This document shows, in pieces, positions 7,547 through 15,107 of a stretch of 32,000 bases of DNA (position 1 is the stretch's first letter; each line of letters starts with the position of its first letter). Below the pieces are notes generated by a model. That model did no database searches and was not told the DNA's origin. It worked only from the letters and a program-made list of their open reading frames with translations. Position numbers and translations under genes: made by a program. Source of the DNA: Pirellula staleyi DSM 6068 (GTDB lineage: Bacteria > Planctomycetota > Planctomycetia > Pirellulales > Pirellulaceae); contig CP001848.1 of assembly GCA_000025185.1 (NCBI GenBank), forward strand, positions 5,940,001 through 5,972,000, given 5' to 3'.

Positions 7547-9730
7547 CTATTTTTGACGTGCCGCAAGATAGCCAGCGAGTCGTTTGCCAAGTTCGGCGGC
7601 GGCCTTATCGTCGCGGGCTGTCAGGATCGAGCCATCGACTTTCACAGCCAGGTCGTGATCGAAATTGGCACCACAGGCGTTGTACTTGGGATCTTGTGCC
7701 GCGATTGGACTGTGAGCCACCGTGCGGCCTTCGAGCCAGCCGTGATATGCCAGTACACGCTGACCACCACAGATTCCGACAAGCGGCTTGCTCTCGCGAT
7801 TCATCTTCTCGAGCAGCCCTTTCACCAGTTTTGCATCGGCACCATCGCACATGCTGGCGACGTTGAATCCCGCCACCACGATCGCTCCATAATTCGTAGT
7901 ATCGACATCTTTCAGCACCAGATCGATATCGACAGCCGAGCCTTCACTCCCTTCCAGGAGTTCAGCCTGCCCCGCTGCTGTCGAGGCGACGGTGACGGTA
8001 TAGCCCTCTTTTCGCAGTTGATCAGCCAGCGGTCCAAAGTCGCCATACCAAAGTCCACGACGTGGCAAAACGACCAAGATATTTTTGCTGACGGCGGCTG
8101 CAGGCGAAGTTGAAGCTGACGCTGGTTCGGTGTTTTCGGAGGCGAATTTCTGGGCAGCGATCGATCCTGGCGAGTTGTCGCCAGCCGCTTGTGTTTCCGA
8201 AGAAATACTTGCTGCAGGAGCGGCAGACGTCTCTTCCGTGCCTGAATTTGAGGCTGCCGTTGGTGATGCGGTGGGGATGCCTTCCGAAGTGCTGGATGGC
8301 GGCGATTCAGCCTGCGTGGCTTGCTGATGCGCGGCCTCTTGCTCGGTCATCCCTTGCACGATCGGTGTCGGCTGGGGGCGTTCGACCACATCCACGGTGT
8401 AAGCAAACATCCCCAAGCCTGCGACAGCGACGATCCCCAGCAGTAACACTCCTCCGATCACTGCGGCTGCAATGGCAAGGATCATGCCAGTTCCCGTGGA
8501 CTCTCGCTCTTGAGTGGCATGCATCGGAAGTTCCTTCGAAACGATCGGCGCGAAATTGGCAAACTCGCTGGCGGCGGGTTGTTCGGGAATGGTGGTTTTG
8601 CTCACGGAAGGCTCCGTTTTTTGTTTCACATGCGGGGCTAGAGCCGCGACCAACTCCGAGGGAGTTTGGAATCGATCGGCAGGATTCTTCGCGAGTAGCT
8701 TCCCCATGATCTGCGCGAGCTCAACGCTCACGTCGTTGCGCTTGGTGCTCACCGCCACAACTTCACGCGAGAGATGTCCCGACAACTTGTCGACGACACT
8801 TCCGCCCGCAAAGGGTGGTTCGCCTGTGAGGAGGAAATAGAGCGTGCAACCGAGGGCGTAGAGGTCGCTCCGCACATCGGCGGCGCGCGCATCGGTGACT
8901 TGCTCGGGCGCGATATAGTCGGGAGTGCCGAGCACCATGCCCGCTCGTGTTGCGCCGGGCGCTAGATTTTTTTCGTGAGTCGGATCGTGCGCCGCCGATT
9001 CATCGCCAACTGACGTCGCGAGACGAGCCAAACCGAAGTCCAGTATCTTCAGCTGACCTTTCTTCGTGACCATCAAGTTCTGAGGCTTGATGTCGCGATG
9101 CACCATACCATGCGAATGCGCGTGTGAGAGACCGGTGGCTGCCTGACGAATCAGCTGCGCAGCCTCGTGAGGTGCCAGCGGACCACGTTTCTTCACCAGT
9201 CGATCGAGGCTGATTCCGTCGACATATTCCATCACCAAGAAGTGGAGTCCGTCGGCTTCTTCAGCGTCGTAGGCGGCGACAATATTGGGGTGGGAAAGCT
9301 TGGCTGCGGCGCGGACTTCACGTTCAAAGCGTTCGACCAGCGCTTTGCTGGCAATGAAGTTTTGACGAATCACTTTCAGCGCCACGGTGCGCTGCATCAT
9401 GCGATGCTCGGCTTTGTAGACAGCTCCCATCCCTCCCGTTCCGAGCCCCCCTGTCACTTCATAGCGTGGATGCTGCAGTAGTTGCACAGGCACCGTATCG
9501 CTTTTTGGCTCGGTGGCGGTTTGTTCGGTCGGCATGTGCATGCCGAGGGTCTGTTTTTGGGCATCGCGAGCGAGCTGAATCAGCGTGTCGTCGGGGACTG
9601 ATTCGAGGAGCCTGCCACACGCCTCACACTCGGCGAGATGCGACTCGATGACTGCAGCTTCCGCTGGTTCGAGTCGTCCTTGGCCGAACTGCACCAATCG
9701 CTCGATGCTCGGATGTTGGGAGACGATCAT
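7547..9730 (-). CDS. Membrane Ser/Thr protein kinase with N-terminal zinc-finger anti-sigma-like motif and C-terminal extracytoplasmic DJ-1/PfpI-like domain
   Basis: 727-aa ORF. The N-terminus carries H-x3-C-x2-C (HLAECEAC, nt 9617-9640), as in zf-HC2 anti-sigma factors. All Hanks kinase motifs are intact: GTGGMGAVYKA, VALKV, HRDIKPQNLMV, DFGLA, YIAPE. There is one TM helix (GMILAIAAAVIGGVLLLGIVAVAGLGMFAY) and an S/T/A/P-rich linker. The C-terminal block ILVVLPRRG...YGAIVVAG...PLVGICGGQRVLA...VDGSILTA has a DJ-1/PfpI-type nucleophile elbow. Confidence 0.85.
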   Translation of the reverse strand: MIVSQHPSIERLVQFGQGRLEPAEAAVIESHLAECEACGRLLESVPDDTLIQLARDAQKQTLGMHMPTEQTATEPKSDTVPVQLLQHPRYEVTGGLGTGGMGAVYKAEHRMMQRTVALKVIRQNFIASKALVERFEREVRAAAKLSHPNIVAAYDAEEADGLHFLVMEYVDGISLDRLVKKRGPLAPHEAAQLIRQAATGLSHAHSHGMVHRDIKPQNLMVTKKGQLKILDFGLARLATSVGDESAAHDPTHEKNLAPGATRAGMVLGTPDYIAPEQVTDARAADVRSDLYALGCTLYFLLTGEPPFAGGSVVDKLSGHLSREVVAVSTKRNDVSVELAQIMGKLLAKNPADRFQTPSELVAALAPHVKQKTEPSVSKTTIPEQPAASEFANFAPIVSKELPMHATQERESTGTGMILAIAAAVIGGVLLLGIVAVAGLGMFAYTVDVVERPQPTPIVQGMTEQEAAHQQATQAESPPSSTSEGIPTASPTAASNSGTEETSAAPAASISSETQAAGDNSPGSIAAQKFASENTEPASASTSPAAAVSKNILVVLPRRGLWYGDFGPLADQLRKEGYTVTVASTAAGQAELLEGSEGSAVDIDLVLKDVDTTNYGAIVVAGFNVASMCDGADAKLVKGLLEKMNRESKPLVGICGGQRVLAYHGWLEGRTVAHSPIAAQDPKYNACGANFDHDLAVKVDGSILTARDDKAAAELGKRLAGYLAARQK

Positions 9731-9873
9731 GGCAGGAACTCACAAAAACGACGGTCGAAGTTCAGGCAAATAGTGCTGCAGTAGGAAAGCTGAAAAAGGT
9801 GAAAAGTGCGATGCGGCACCGTGAGTTGGCAGGCCTCTTCCAGAGAGAAGATGCCCCGCGTCGCTCTGATCTT

Positions 9874-10476
9874 TCACAACTCTTCTGAATTTTCTTCTAC
9901 GAGGCCCTTCGCCTCTTGCCGTAAACGACTAAGCACACGGGACTTAGCTATAAAAACCGCATTGGTAGAAATTTGCAGGTCCTGAGCCACTTCCGAAGCT
10001 GAACGCCCAAGCAAAGCGACCTCGGTGAAGGCGCGCCAGGTGGTCGGCTCGAATTCTTTTTCAAGCTGCGCAAGGAGTTGCCGGGTGATATAGCGATCGT
10101 GCTCGAGGTCGAAGGCCTGACTCAGCTCGCTGCTGGGATCTTCGAGATCGGCCAAAAACTGCTGAAAATCGCTCGCGCCGGTCGCCATGGGGCGGGCTTT
10201 GCGCGAACGCCAGTGGTCGCGCAGAACGTTCACCGTGATGGTGCGGAGCCATGTTCGAAAGGCACCAATTCGCTGATTATGCTCGAAATCTTTCAGCCGA
10301 CGCACGACCACCGCCAGCACATCCTGCACTAGATCGTCGGCATCGTGCGACAACACTTCCTGGCGGCGCAAGTAGTTACGAATCAGTGGGCTATAGAGCT
10401 GCACCATTCGCTCCCACTCAGCCGAGTCGGGATCGGTGCGCAAGCGATCGAGCAAGCTGGCTGAAGTTTCTGCCAT
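9874..10476 (-). CDS. ECF-type RNA polymerase sigma-70 family factor
   Basis: 200-aa ORF. Region-2-like block: DADDLVQDVLAVVVRRLKDFE...FRTWLRTITVNVLRDHWR. Region-4 HTH block: SASEVAQDLQISTNAVFIAKSRVLSRLRQE. AGGAG lies 7 nt upstream of the ATG. It sits directly upstream of, and co-directional with, the kinase gene. Confidence 0.85.
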   Translation of the reverse strand: MAETSASLLDRLRTDPDSAEWERMVQLYSPLIRNYLRRQEVLSHDADDLVQDVLAVVVRRLKDFEHNQRIGAFRTWLRTITVNVLRDHWRSRKARPMATGASDFQQFLADLEDPSSELSQAFDLEHDRYITRQLLAQLEKEFEPTTWRAFTEVALLGRSASEVAQDLQISTNAVFIAKSRVLSRLRQEAKGLVEENSEEL

Positions 10477-10511
10477 CGGGTGCTCCTGATGTTGGGCGTC
10501 CGAGTCGCCAC

Positions 10512-10666
10512 GGGCTAGGAAAACAGCAAATCGCGGTCGACCGCAGCAGCCAAGTTGCCTTGGAGAATCCCCGCTATCGTTGGGCTAGGAACGATCGTAG
10601 CAGTTATTCCGCAAAAATTCCCCCCGCGTGCGGCTTGTGGTCTCATTCTGCCACCAAGTGCGGCTT
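10512..10666. promoter_or_regulatory. Divergent sigma / response-regulator control region with repeated motifs
   Basis: GGGCTAGGAA occurs at 10512-10521 and again at 10582-10591. A perfect 12-bp palindrome, GCGGTCGACCGC, lies at 10533-10544. GTGCGGCTT occurs at 10628-10636 and 10658-10666. All lie in the 227-bp gap between the divergent starts at 10476 and 10704. Their function is inferred only. Confidence 0.35.
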
Positions 10667-10703
10667 AGTACTAACCTACTCTTTCGCAAGGGGCAGGACT
10701 TTT

Positions 10704-11393
10704 ATGATCGACAATAAACCTCGCGTACTCGTGGTCGACGACGACGTTGCCATCATGCAGTGCGTCGGCGCATTCCTCGAGCATCATGAACAGATGGACG
10801 TGGTTGGCTATGCCAGTCATGCCCAAGCTGGCATTGCAGCAGCGGCGGCGCTGAAGCCCGACGTCGTGCTGCTCGACATCCACATGCATGGCCACGACGC
10901 CTTTTGGGCGTGTCGGCAGATTGTGGACCAATCGCATGGCAGTGCCAAAGTGTTGTTCTACACAGGTTTTCCGCGCGATCAGTACCTCGATCGTTGCATC
11001 GCCGCCGGTGCTTCTGGCATGGTGAGTAAGCATAGCGAGTCGATTCATAACGTGGGCATTGCCATGCGTTATGTCTTGCAGGGGAATACCTACTTTTCTC
11101 CCGAACTGGCCAAACGACTCATTGAAAGCGAGTCGCAAGCACCTCAGTCTCGCCTGGCAACTCTCACCCATCGCGAAATCGAAGTGCTCCGGCAATTGTC
11201 GGAAGGACGATCGAATCGCGAGATCGCGCAGTCGCTCGATATCAGTTTGCGGAGCGTCGAAAAAGAGGTCTCGGACCTGAAAGAAAAGGTTCAGATGTCG
11301 ACGATTAACGAACTACTGATGTTTGCCGCGAACGAAGGTTTGATCTATCCCGAGCTGATGCACACTCGGAGCCAGGCACTGCAGGCCAACTAG
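10704..11393 (+). CDS. NarL/FixJ (LuxR-type HTH) two-component response regulator
   Basis: Start placed at ATG 10704 (MIDNKPRVLVVDDD...). The part of the ORF-track frame upstream of it overlaps the sigma gene. Receiver motifs are present (VVDDD, VLLDIHMHGHD, YTGF, VSKH). The C-terminal LuxR HTH reads LTHREIEVLRQLSEGRSNREIAQSLDISLRSVEKEVSDL. No cognate histidine kinase is in the window. Confidence 0.85.
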   Translation: MIDNKPRVLVVDDDVAIMQCVGAFLEHHEQMDVVGYASHAQAGIAAAAALKPDVVLLDIHMHGHDAFWACRQIVDQSHGSAKVLFYTGFPRDQYLDRCIAAGASGMVSKHSESIHNVGIAMRYVLQGNTYFSPELAKRLIESESQAPQSRLATLTHREIEVLRQLSEGRSNREIAQSLDISLRSVEKEVSDLKEKVQMSTINELLMFAANEGLIYPELMHTRSQALQAN

Positions 11394-11962
11394 CTGTGCG
11401 GGCTGAGCGAGTTTTCATAACGGGGCGATCGGCCCCTCTACGCAGCGCTCACAGCAAGCGATGTGCTATCGCGCGCTACAAGCGTGCTAGACGCGGCTTT
11501 GTGAAGTTTCCGCAAACAAATCGCCCCACAGTTGGCCGATTCGTTAAAGAGACATTGAAGCCAGCGGCCATCATGAATACGATAAATAAATAGAAGTGAC
11601 GTGCGCCGAAGTTGGTCCATCGTCTAGAGATTTGCGGAGTCGTAGTGGCGGAGACTTGCTCGCTAAGCAGGTCGGCACTACTAGATTCGCACTTGTAACG
11701 ATTGCTTGGCACACTCCTGGTGGCCGATGCCCGACCTGCGGAACACCGTAGTTTTGAGTTTTCGGCGATCATCCGTGTAGCACAAGTTCGCCATGCTTAG
11801 CAGCACGCGAGCCAGCTTCATTCGCATCGATCATTCGCGTTGCCATCCTGCTGTGGGGATGGCCCAGCCGCGAGAATTGCAAGTTGCCTGCTTTCGAATT
11901 CGGAACCGAGAAGAACCGAAACTCAAAGCTGGTGGGGAGGTTTCCTGGCAGGAAATACCGAC

Positions 11963-12292
11963 ATGTACCAGCCTGGTGATCGCGTGGTTTATATGACCAC
12001 GAAACACAGCTCGCACCCAACGCCTCGCGCTTGCGCCGTTCAGCCTGAACCGCATGGCGAAGGCTATACGTACGACGTGAAAAAGTTTTGGCTAGTGCAG
12101 GATGTCGGCGCCGATGGCAACTTGGTGGTGGTGACACGTCGCGGAAAAACACGCACGGTTGCTGCCACGGATTCTCGACTTCGCGCCGCCAATTGGTGGG
12201 AGCGGATGTTCCTTGGGCATCGTTTTCCTCAGCCCGGTTCAGGCTCCGCCCCAGAGAAAGATGAGAAGTCGGAAAAGCTGATGGCGGGCTAG
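11963..12292 (+). CDS. Hypothetical small protein (109 aa)
   Basis: The ORF-track frame is 11840-12292. I favour ATG 11963 (MYQPGDRVVYMTTKHS...), preceded by gggaGGtttcctGGcAGGaaataccgac. I recognise no family, and coding status is moderately uncertain. Confidence 0.45.
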   Translation: MYQPGDRVVYMTTKHSSHPTPRACAVQPEPHGEGYTYDVKKFWLVQDVGADGNLVVVTRRGKTRTVAATDSRLRAANWWERMFLGHRFPQPGSGSAPEKDEKSEKLMAG

Positions 12293-12406
12293 TTTGATCG
12301 CCCCTCGGTCGTCACACTAGTCGCGTATCGCACACAACTCTGGCTGGGCAATTATCTTTCCCAAGCCATTGCTTGTAGCGACCTTCCGCTATTTCCCTCG
12401 CGCTCA

Positions 12407-12886
12407 GTGACTCTCTCCGCCATGCACAAACTTCTGACCGGTCAAACGGGCGACGTTGCCGGCGATTACGCCATCGTCGTTTCGCGCTATAACGATTCGA
12501 TTACGTTCAAGCTCCGCGACGCCGCGATCTCTACCCTCACCGCTGCTGGCGTATCGAGTTTTTCGATCACCGTTTGCGAAGTCCCCGGCGCTTGGGAAAT
12601 TCCTCTCATCGCCAAGAAACTCGCTGCTACCAAACGCTATGCCGCGATTCTCACCCTGGGTGCCGTCATTAAGGGGGAGACCACGCACGACGAGCATATT
12701 AACCGCCAGGTGAGCCTCAGCTTGGGGCAACTGAGCTTGGAGTTTGGGATCCCCATTTTGTTTGGTGTGCTGACGACCAACACGCTCGAGCAAGCGATTC
12801 ATCGCGCGGGTGGCAACGTCGGCAACAAAGGGGAAGAGTGCGCCACAGCCGCCCTCGAGATGGTACGACTGGTTCGCAAACTCTAA
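12407..12886 (+). CDS. ribH: 6,7-dimethyl-8-ribityllumazine synthase
   Basis: Lumazine synthase motifs: AIVVSRYN, EVPGAWEIPL, YAAILTLGAVIKGETTHDEHI, IPILFGVLTT, RAGGNVGNKGEECA. The start is either GTG 12407 or ATG 12422 (MHKLL...). Confidence 0.9.
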   Translation: MTLSAMHKLLTGQTGDVAGDYAIVVSRYNDSITFKLRDAAISTLTAAGVSSFSITVCEVPGAWEIPLIAKKLAATKRYAAILTLGAVIKGETTHDEHINRQVSLSLGQLSLEFGIPILFGVLTTNTLEQAIHRAGGNVGNKGEECATAALEMVRLVRKL

Positions 12887-13041
12887 TCAACCGATTCGCT
12901 ATATTTCTCGGCAAGACGTAACATCTGCGTCACTTCTCTTGCATTTCGTAGCGACTACGGGTCACAATTCCCTCCGCCTGCTCATCGAGCTTTTTGCGAT
13001 GAGCCGATCTCGCCTATTTTCAACGTGCGACGGAGGTTCTT

Positions 13042-13569
13042 GTGAAGCGAACTCTTGCGGCCTGGTTGGTTGTCGTTCTTGCCGGCGTGCTGTGTGTGTC
13101 CACGGCTATCGCCGACTTGGCTCCTCCTCCACCGCCTGACAAGCCAGAAATGATCACCGAGTTTTCGGTTCTTATCGAAGTGGCGTATCAGGATCTCGAT
13201 CGCGCTGAACCGGGGCTGAAGGCCAAGCTGATGCTTCCCGAAGGTGCGTTTCCTGGCGCTGCTCCAGAAGCCGTTCCCATGACATCGCCACCCGCCGCTC
13301 CGTTTGGTTTTTCTCCGTCGGGCTTTGGCACGGTGATGGCAGGCATTGCTCTCACCTTGGCCATTGCTTCAGCAGGCTTGCTGATGCGCGGCAATCGACG
13401 TCTGCGGACAGCATCAGCCGCGTTGCTGGGGCTTGCGCTTGTGCTGGGTGGCTACTCGATGGCCGTTGCCGATATCCCTCCATTTAGCCGCCCTCGCCCT
13501 GCTCCACCTCACTTGGTGATTCAGGTCCTGAAGGATCTGAAGCAAGCGAAGTTGATCATCGACAAATAG
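13042..13569 (+). CDS. Hypothetical exported/membrane protein
   Basis: GTG start. Signal peptide: MKRTLAAWLVVVLAGVLCVSTAIA. A PPPPP tract follows. Two C-terminal hydrophobic helices are present (GTVMAGIALTLAIASAGLLM, ALLGLALVLGGYSMAV). No family recognised. Confidence 0.6.
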   Translation: MKRTLAAWLVVVLAGVLCVSTAIADLAPPPPPDKPEMITEFSVLIEVAYQDLDRAEPGLKAKLMLPEGAFPGAAPEAVPMTSPPAAPFGFSPSGFGTVMAGIALTLAIASAGLLMRGNRRLRTASAALLGLALVLGGYSMAVADIPPFSRPRPAPPHLVIQVLKDLKQAKLIIDK

Positions 13570-13597
13570 TCGAACAGCGCATTTCATCGAGAGCCCG

Positions 13598-14644
13598 ATG
13601 TCGACCACGCTCATCGAATGTGAAACGTCCATCGCGCCGAGCGCTGTAAGCTCGGTGCCGGGGACTTCGCGCATGTTGCTGGCACTTGCTGTGGGACTGA
13701 TTCTCGTTTCGGCAACGCTTGCGGCCGCTTTGCCGATCGGTTTTTCGATCATCACCGTCTTTCTCTTTGCTGGGCCACACAACTGGCTCGAAGCACGGTA
13801 CATGCTCTCGCAGATGCCCGCCCGCTGGGGGAAGCTGCGAGTCTATTTTCTGACCGGGATTCTCGGCGCGATGCTCCTGACGGGCCTCGCCGCGTCGATG
13901 CCTCTGGTGGGCATTTCGCTCGATTTCTCGCCGCAGTCGTATAGCTACCTCATCGCCGCGTGGAACTCGCTGCTGCTGCTCTGGATCCTGACACTCTCGC
14001 AGCTGCGGGCGGCGCAAAACCCTCGTCGCAATTGGCAGGTAGCCTATCCCCTCACGTTCGCGTTAATTGCCGTTAACTGGCTCTATCCGACAACGATGGG
14101 AATGCTGCTGGTTTATCTCCATCCGCTAGTGGCCCTGGCCTTCCTCGATCGCGAACTCGCACGCCGCGATCGCCTCGAGCAGACCAACTTGCAAACACCG
14201 TATCGCCAAGCGCTACTGCTGTTGCCGCTTGCGATTTTTGGCATTGTCGTCGCACTCTGGAATCAGCCGAACTTGCCGGGAGACGATTTACTCTCGCAAG
14301 CGATCACACATCACGCGGGTGAATCGGCATTTGGCAACGTCTCGACGCACATGCTCGTTGCCTTGCACACGTTTCTCGAGATGCTGCACTACGGTGTGTG
14401 GGTCGTCGCGATTCCACTGCTTTCCATTCGACGCTGGCCATGGCAAATCGATACGGTTCCACTCACACGACGTTCACCGATTTGGCGACAAGCGATCCTC
14501 GGAGTCGTGGCGCTCGGTGCGATCGTGATGCTCGTACTGTGGGGTTCCTTCCTGGCCGACTATCCACTCACGCGCAATCTCTACTTCACCGTTGCGATGC
14601 TGCACGTGCTCGCCGAAGTTCCATTCCTTCTGCGACTTCTCTAA
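13598..14644 (+). CDS. Hypothetical polytopic membrane protein with intramembrane His/Glu motifs
   Basis: 348-aa ORF with about 8 or more hydrophobic segments. Recurrent His/Glu motifs: GPHNWLEARY, YLHPLVA, THHAGE, LHTFLEMLHYGVW, MLHVLAEVPF. No family assigned confidently. Confidence 0.65.
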   Translation: MSTTLIECETSIAPSAVSSVPGTSRMLLALAVGLILVSATLAAALPIGFSIITVFLFAGPHNWLEARYMLSQMPARWGKLRVYFLTGILGAMLLTGLAASMPLVGISLDFSPQSYSYLIAAWNSLLLLWILTLSQLRAAQNPRRNWQVAYPLTFALIAVNWLYPTTMGMLLVYLHPLVALAFLDRELARRDRLEQTNLQTPYRQALLLLPLAIFGIVVALWNQPNLPGDDLLSQAITHHAGESAFGNVSTHMLVALHTFLEMLHYGVWVVAIPLLSIRRWPWQIDTVPLTRRSPIWRQAILGVVALGAIVMLVLWGSFLADYPLTRNLYFTVAMLHVLAEVPFLLRLL

Positions 14645-14683
14645 ATCGCGCCGACATGCCTCCACCCTCGAGCAGCCGACACT

Positions 14684-15073
14684 GTGGCACCCACGAACGC
14701 TGAACTTTGGAGCTTTCTCGTCGGCGGTTATTTCCTCACCGTCCTGATCGAAACTCCGATTCTTTTTTTCGGTCTGTCGAGACGTCACTCCGCTTTCACC
14801 AAATTGCTGGCAGGCTTTTGGCTCACTGCCTGTACCTACCCCATGGTGATCTTGGTGCTACCCAATTTGCTGTGGCGTCCGTTTGGCTACTGGCCGTACA
14901 TCGCTATCGCTGAAACGTTCGCGCCTCTGGCCGAGTGTCTGCTGTTTCACTTTTTTGCGTCACGAATCGCAAGCGACCAGCGCACGACTTTTCAAGATTC
15001 GCTGGCAATCACTGGCGCTAATTTAACGTCGTTTTTGCTCGGGCTTGCCCTCGCAGCACTCGGACAATCGTGA
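14684..15073 (+). CDS. Hypothetical small membrane protein (129 aa)
   Basis: GTG start 40 nt after the previous gene. About 4 hydrophobic segments. Glu-containing motifs LIETPILFFG and AIAETFAPLAECLLFHFF. Same strand and close spacing as the two preceding genes. Confidence 0.55.
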   Translation: MAPTNAELWSFLVGGYFLTVLIETPILFFGLSRRHSAFTKLLAGFWLTACTYPMVILVLPNLLWRPFGYWPYIAIAETFAPLAECLLFHFFASRIASDQRTTFQDSLAITGANLTSFLLGLALAALGQS

Positions 15074-15107
15074 CTTCGCCGTGCCACAGGCAACAACCGC
15101 TCTCGCG

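Noticed and set aside
7553-8709. 186-aa and 199-aa plus-strand ORFs
   Set aside because: They lie antisense to the kinase gene, whose Hanks motifs are unambiguous.
9731-9873. Imperfect hairpin (ggcctcttc/gaagatgcc) between the sigma and kinase genes as a terminator
   Set aside because: The stem has one mismatch in 9 bp and no following U-tract on the minus strand. The genes are more likely co-transcribed.
10251-10703. 151-codon N-terminal extension of the response-regulator ORF
   Set aside because: It overlaps the ECF sigma gene on the opposite strand and the intergenic region. The receiver domain begins right at ATG 10704.
12293-12406. Possible FMN (RFN) riboswitch upstream of ribH
   Set aside because: The 114-nt leader shows none of the conserved RFN core segments or its multi-stem architecture. 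ribH here appears unaccompanied by other rib genes.
12980-13004. 8-bp stem (gctcatcg/cgatgagc) after ribH as an intrinsic terminator
   Set aside because: The stem is short, it lies about 95 nt after the stop, and the T-run is displaced by about 10 nt. This is too weak to annotate.
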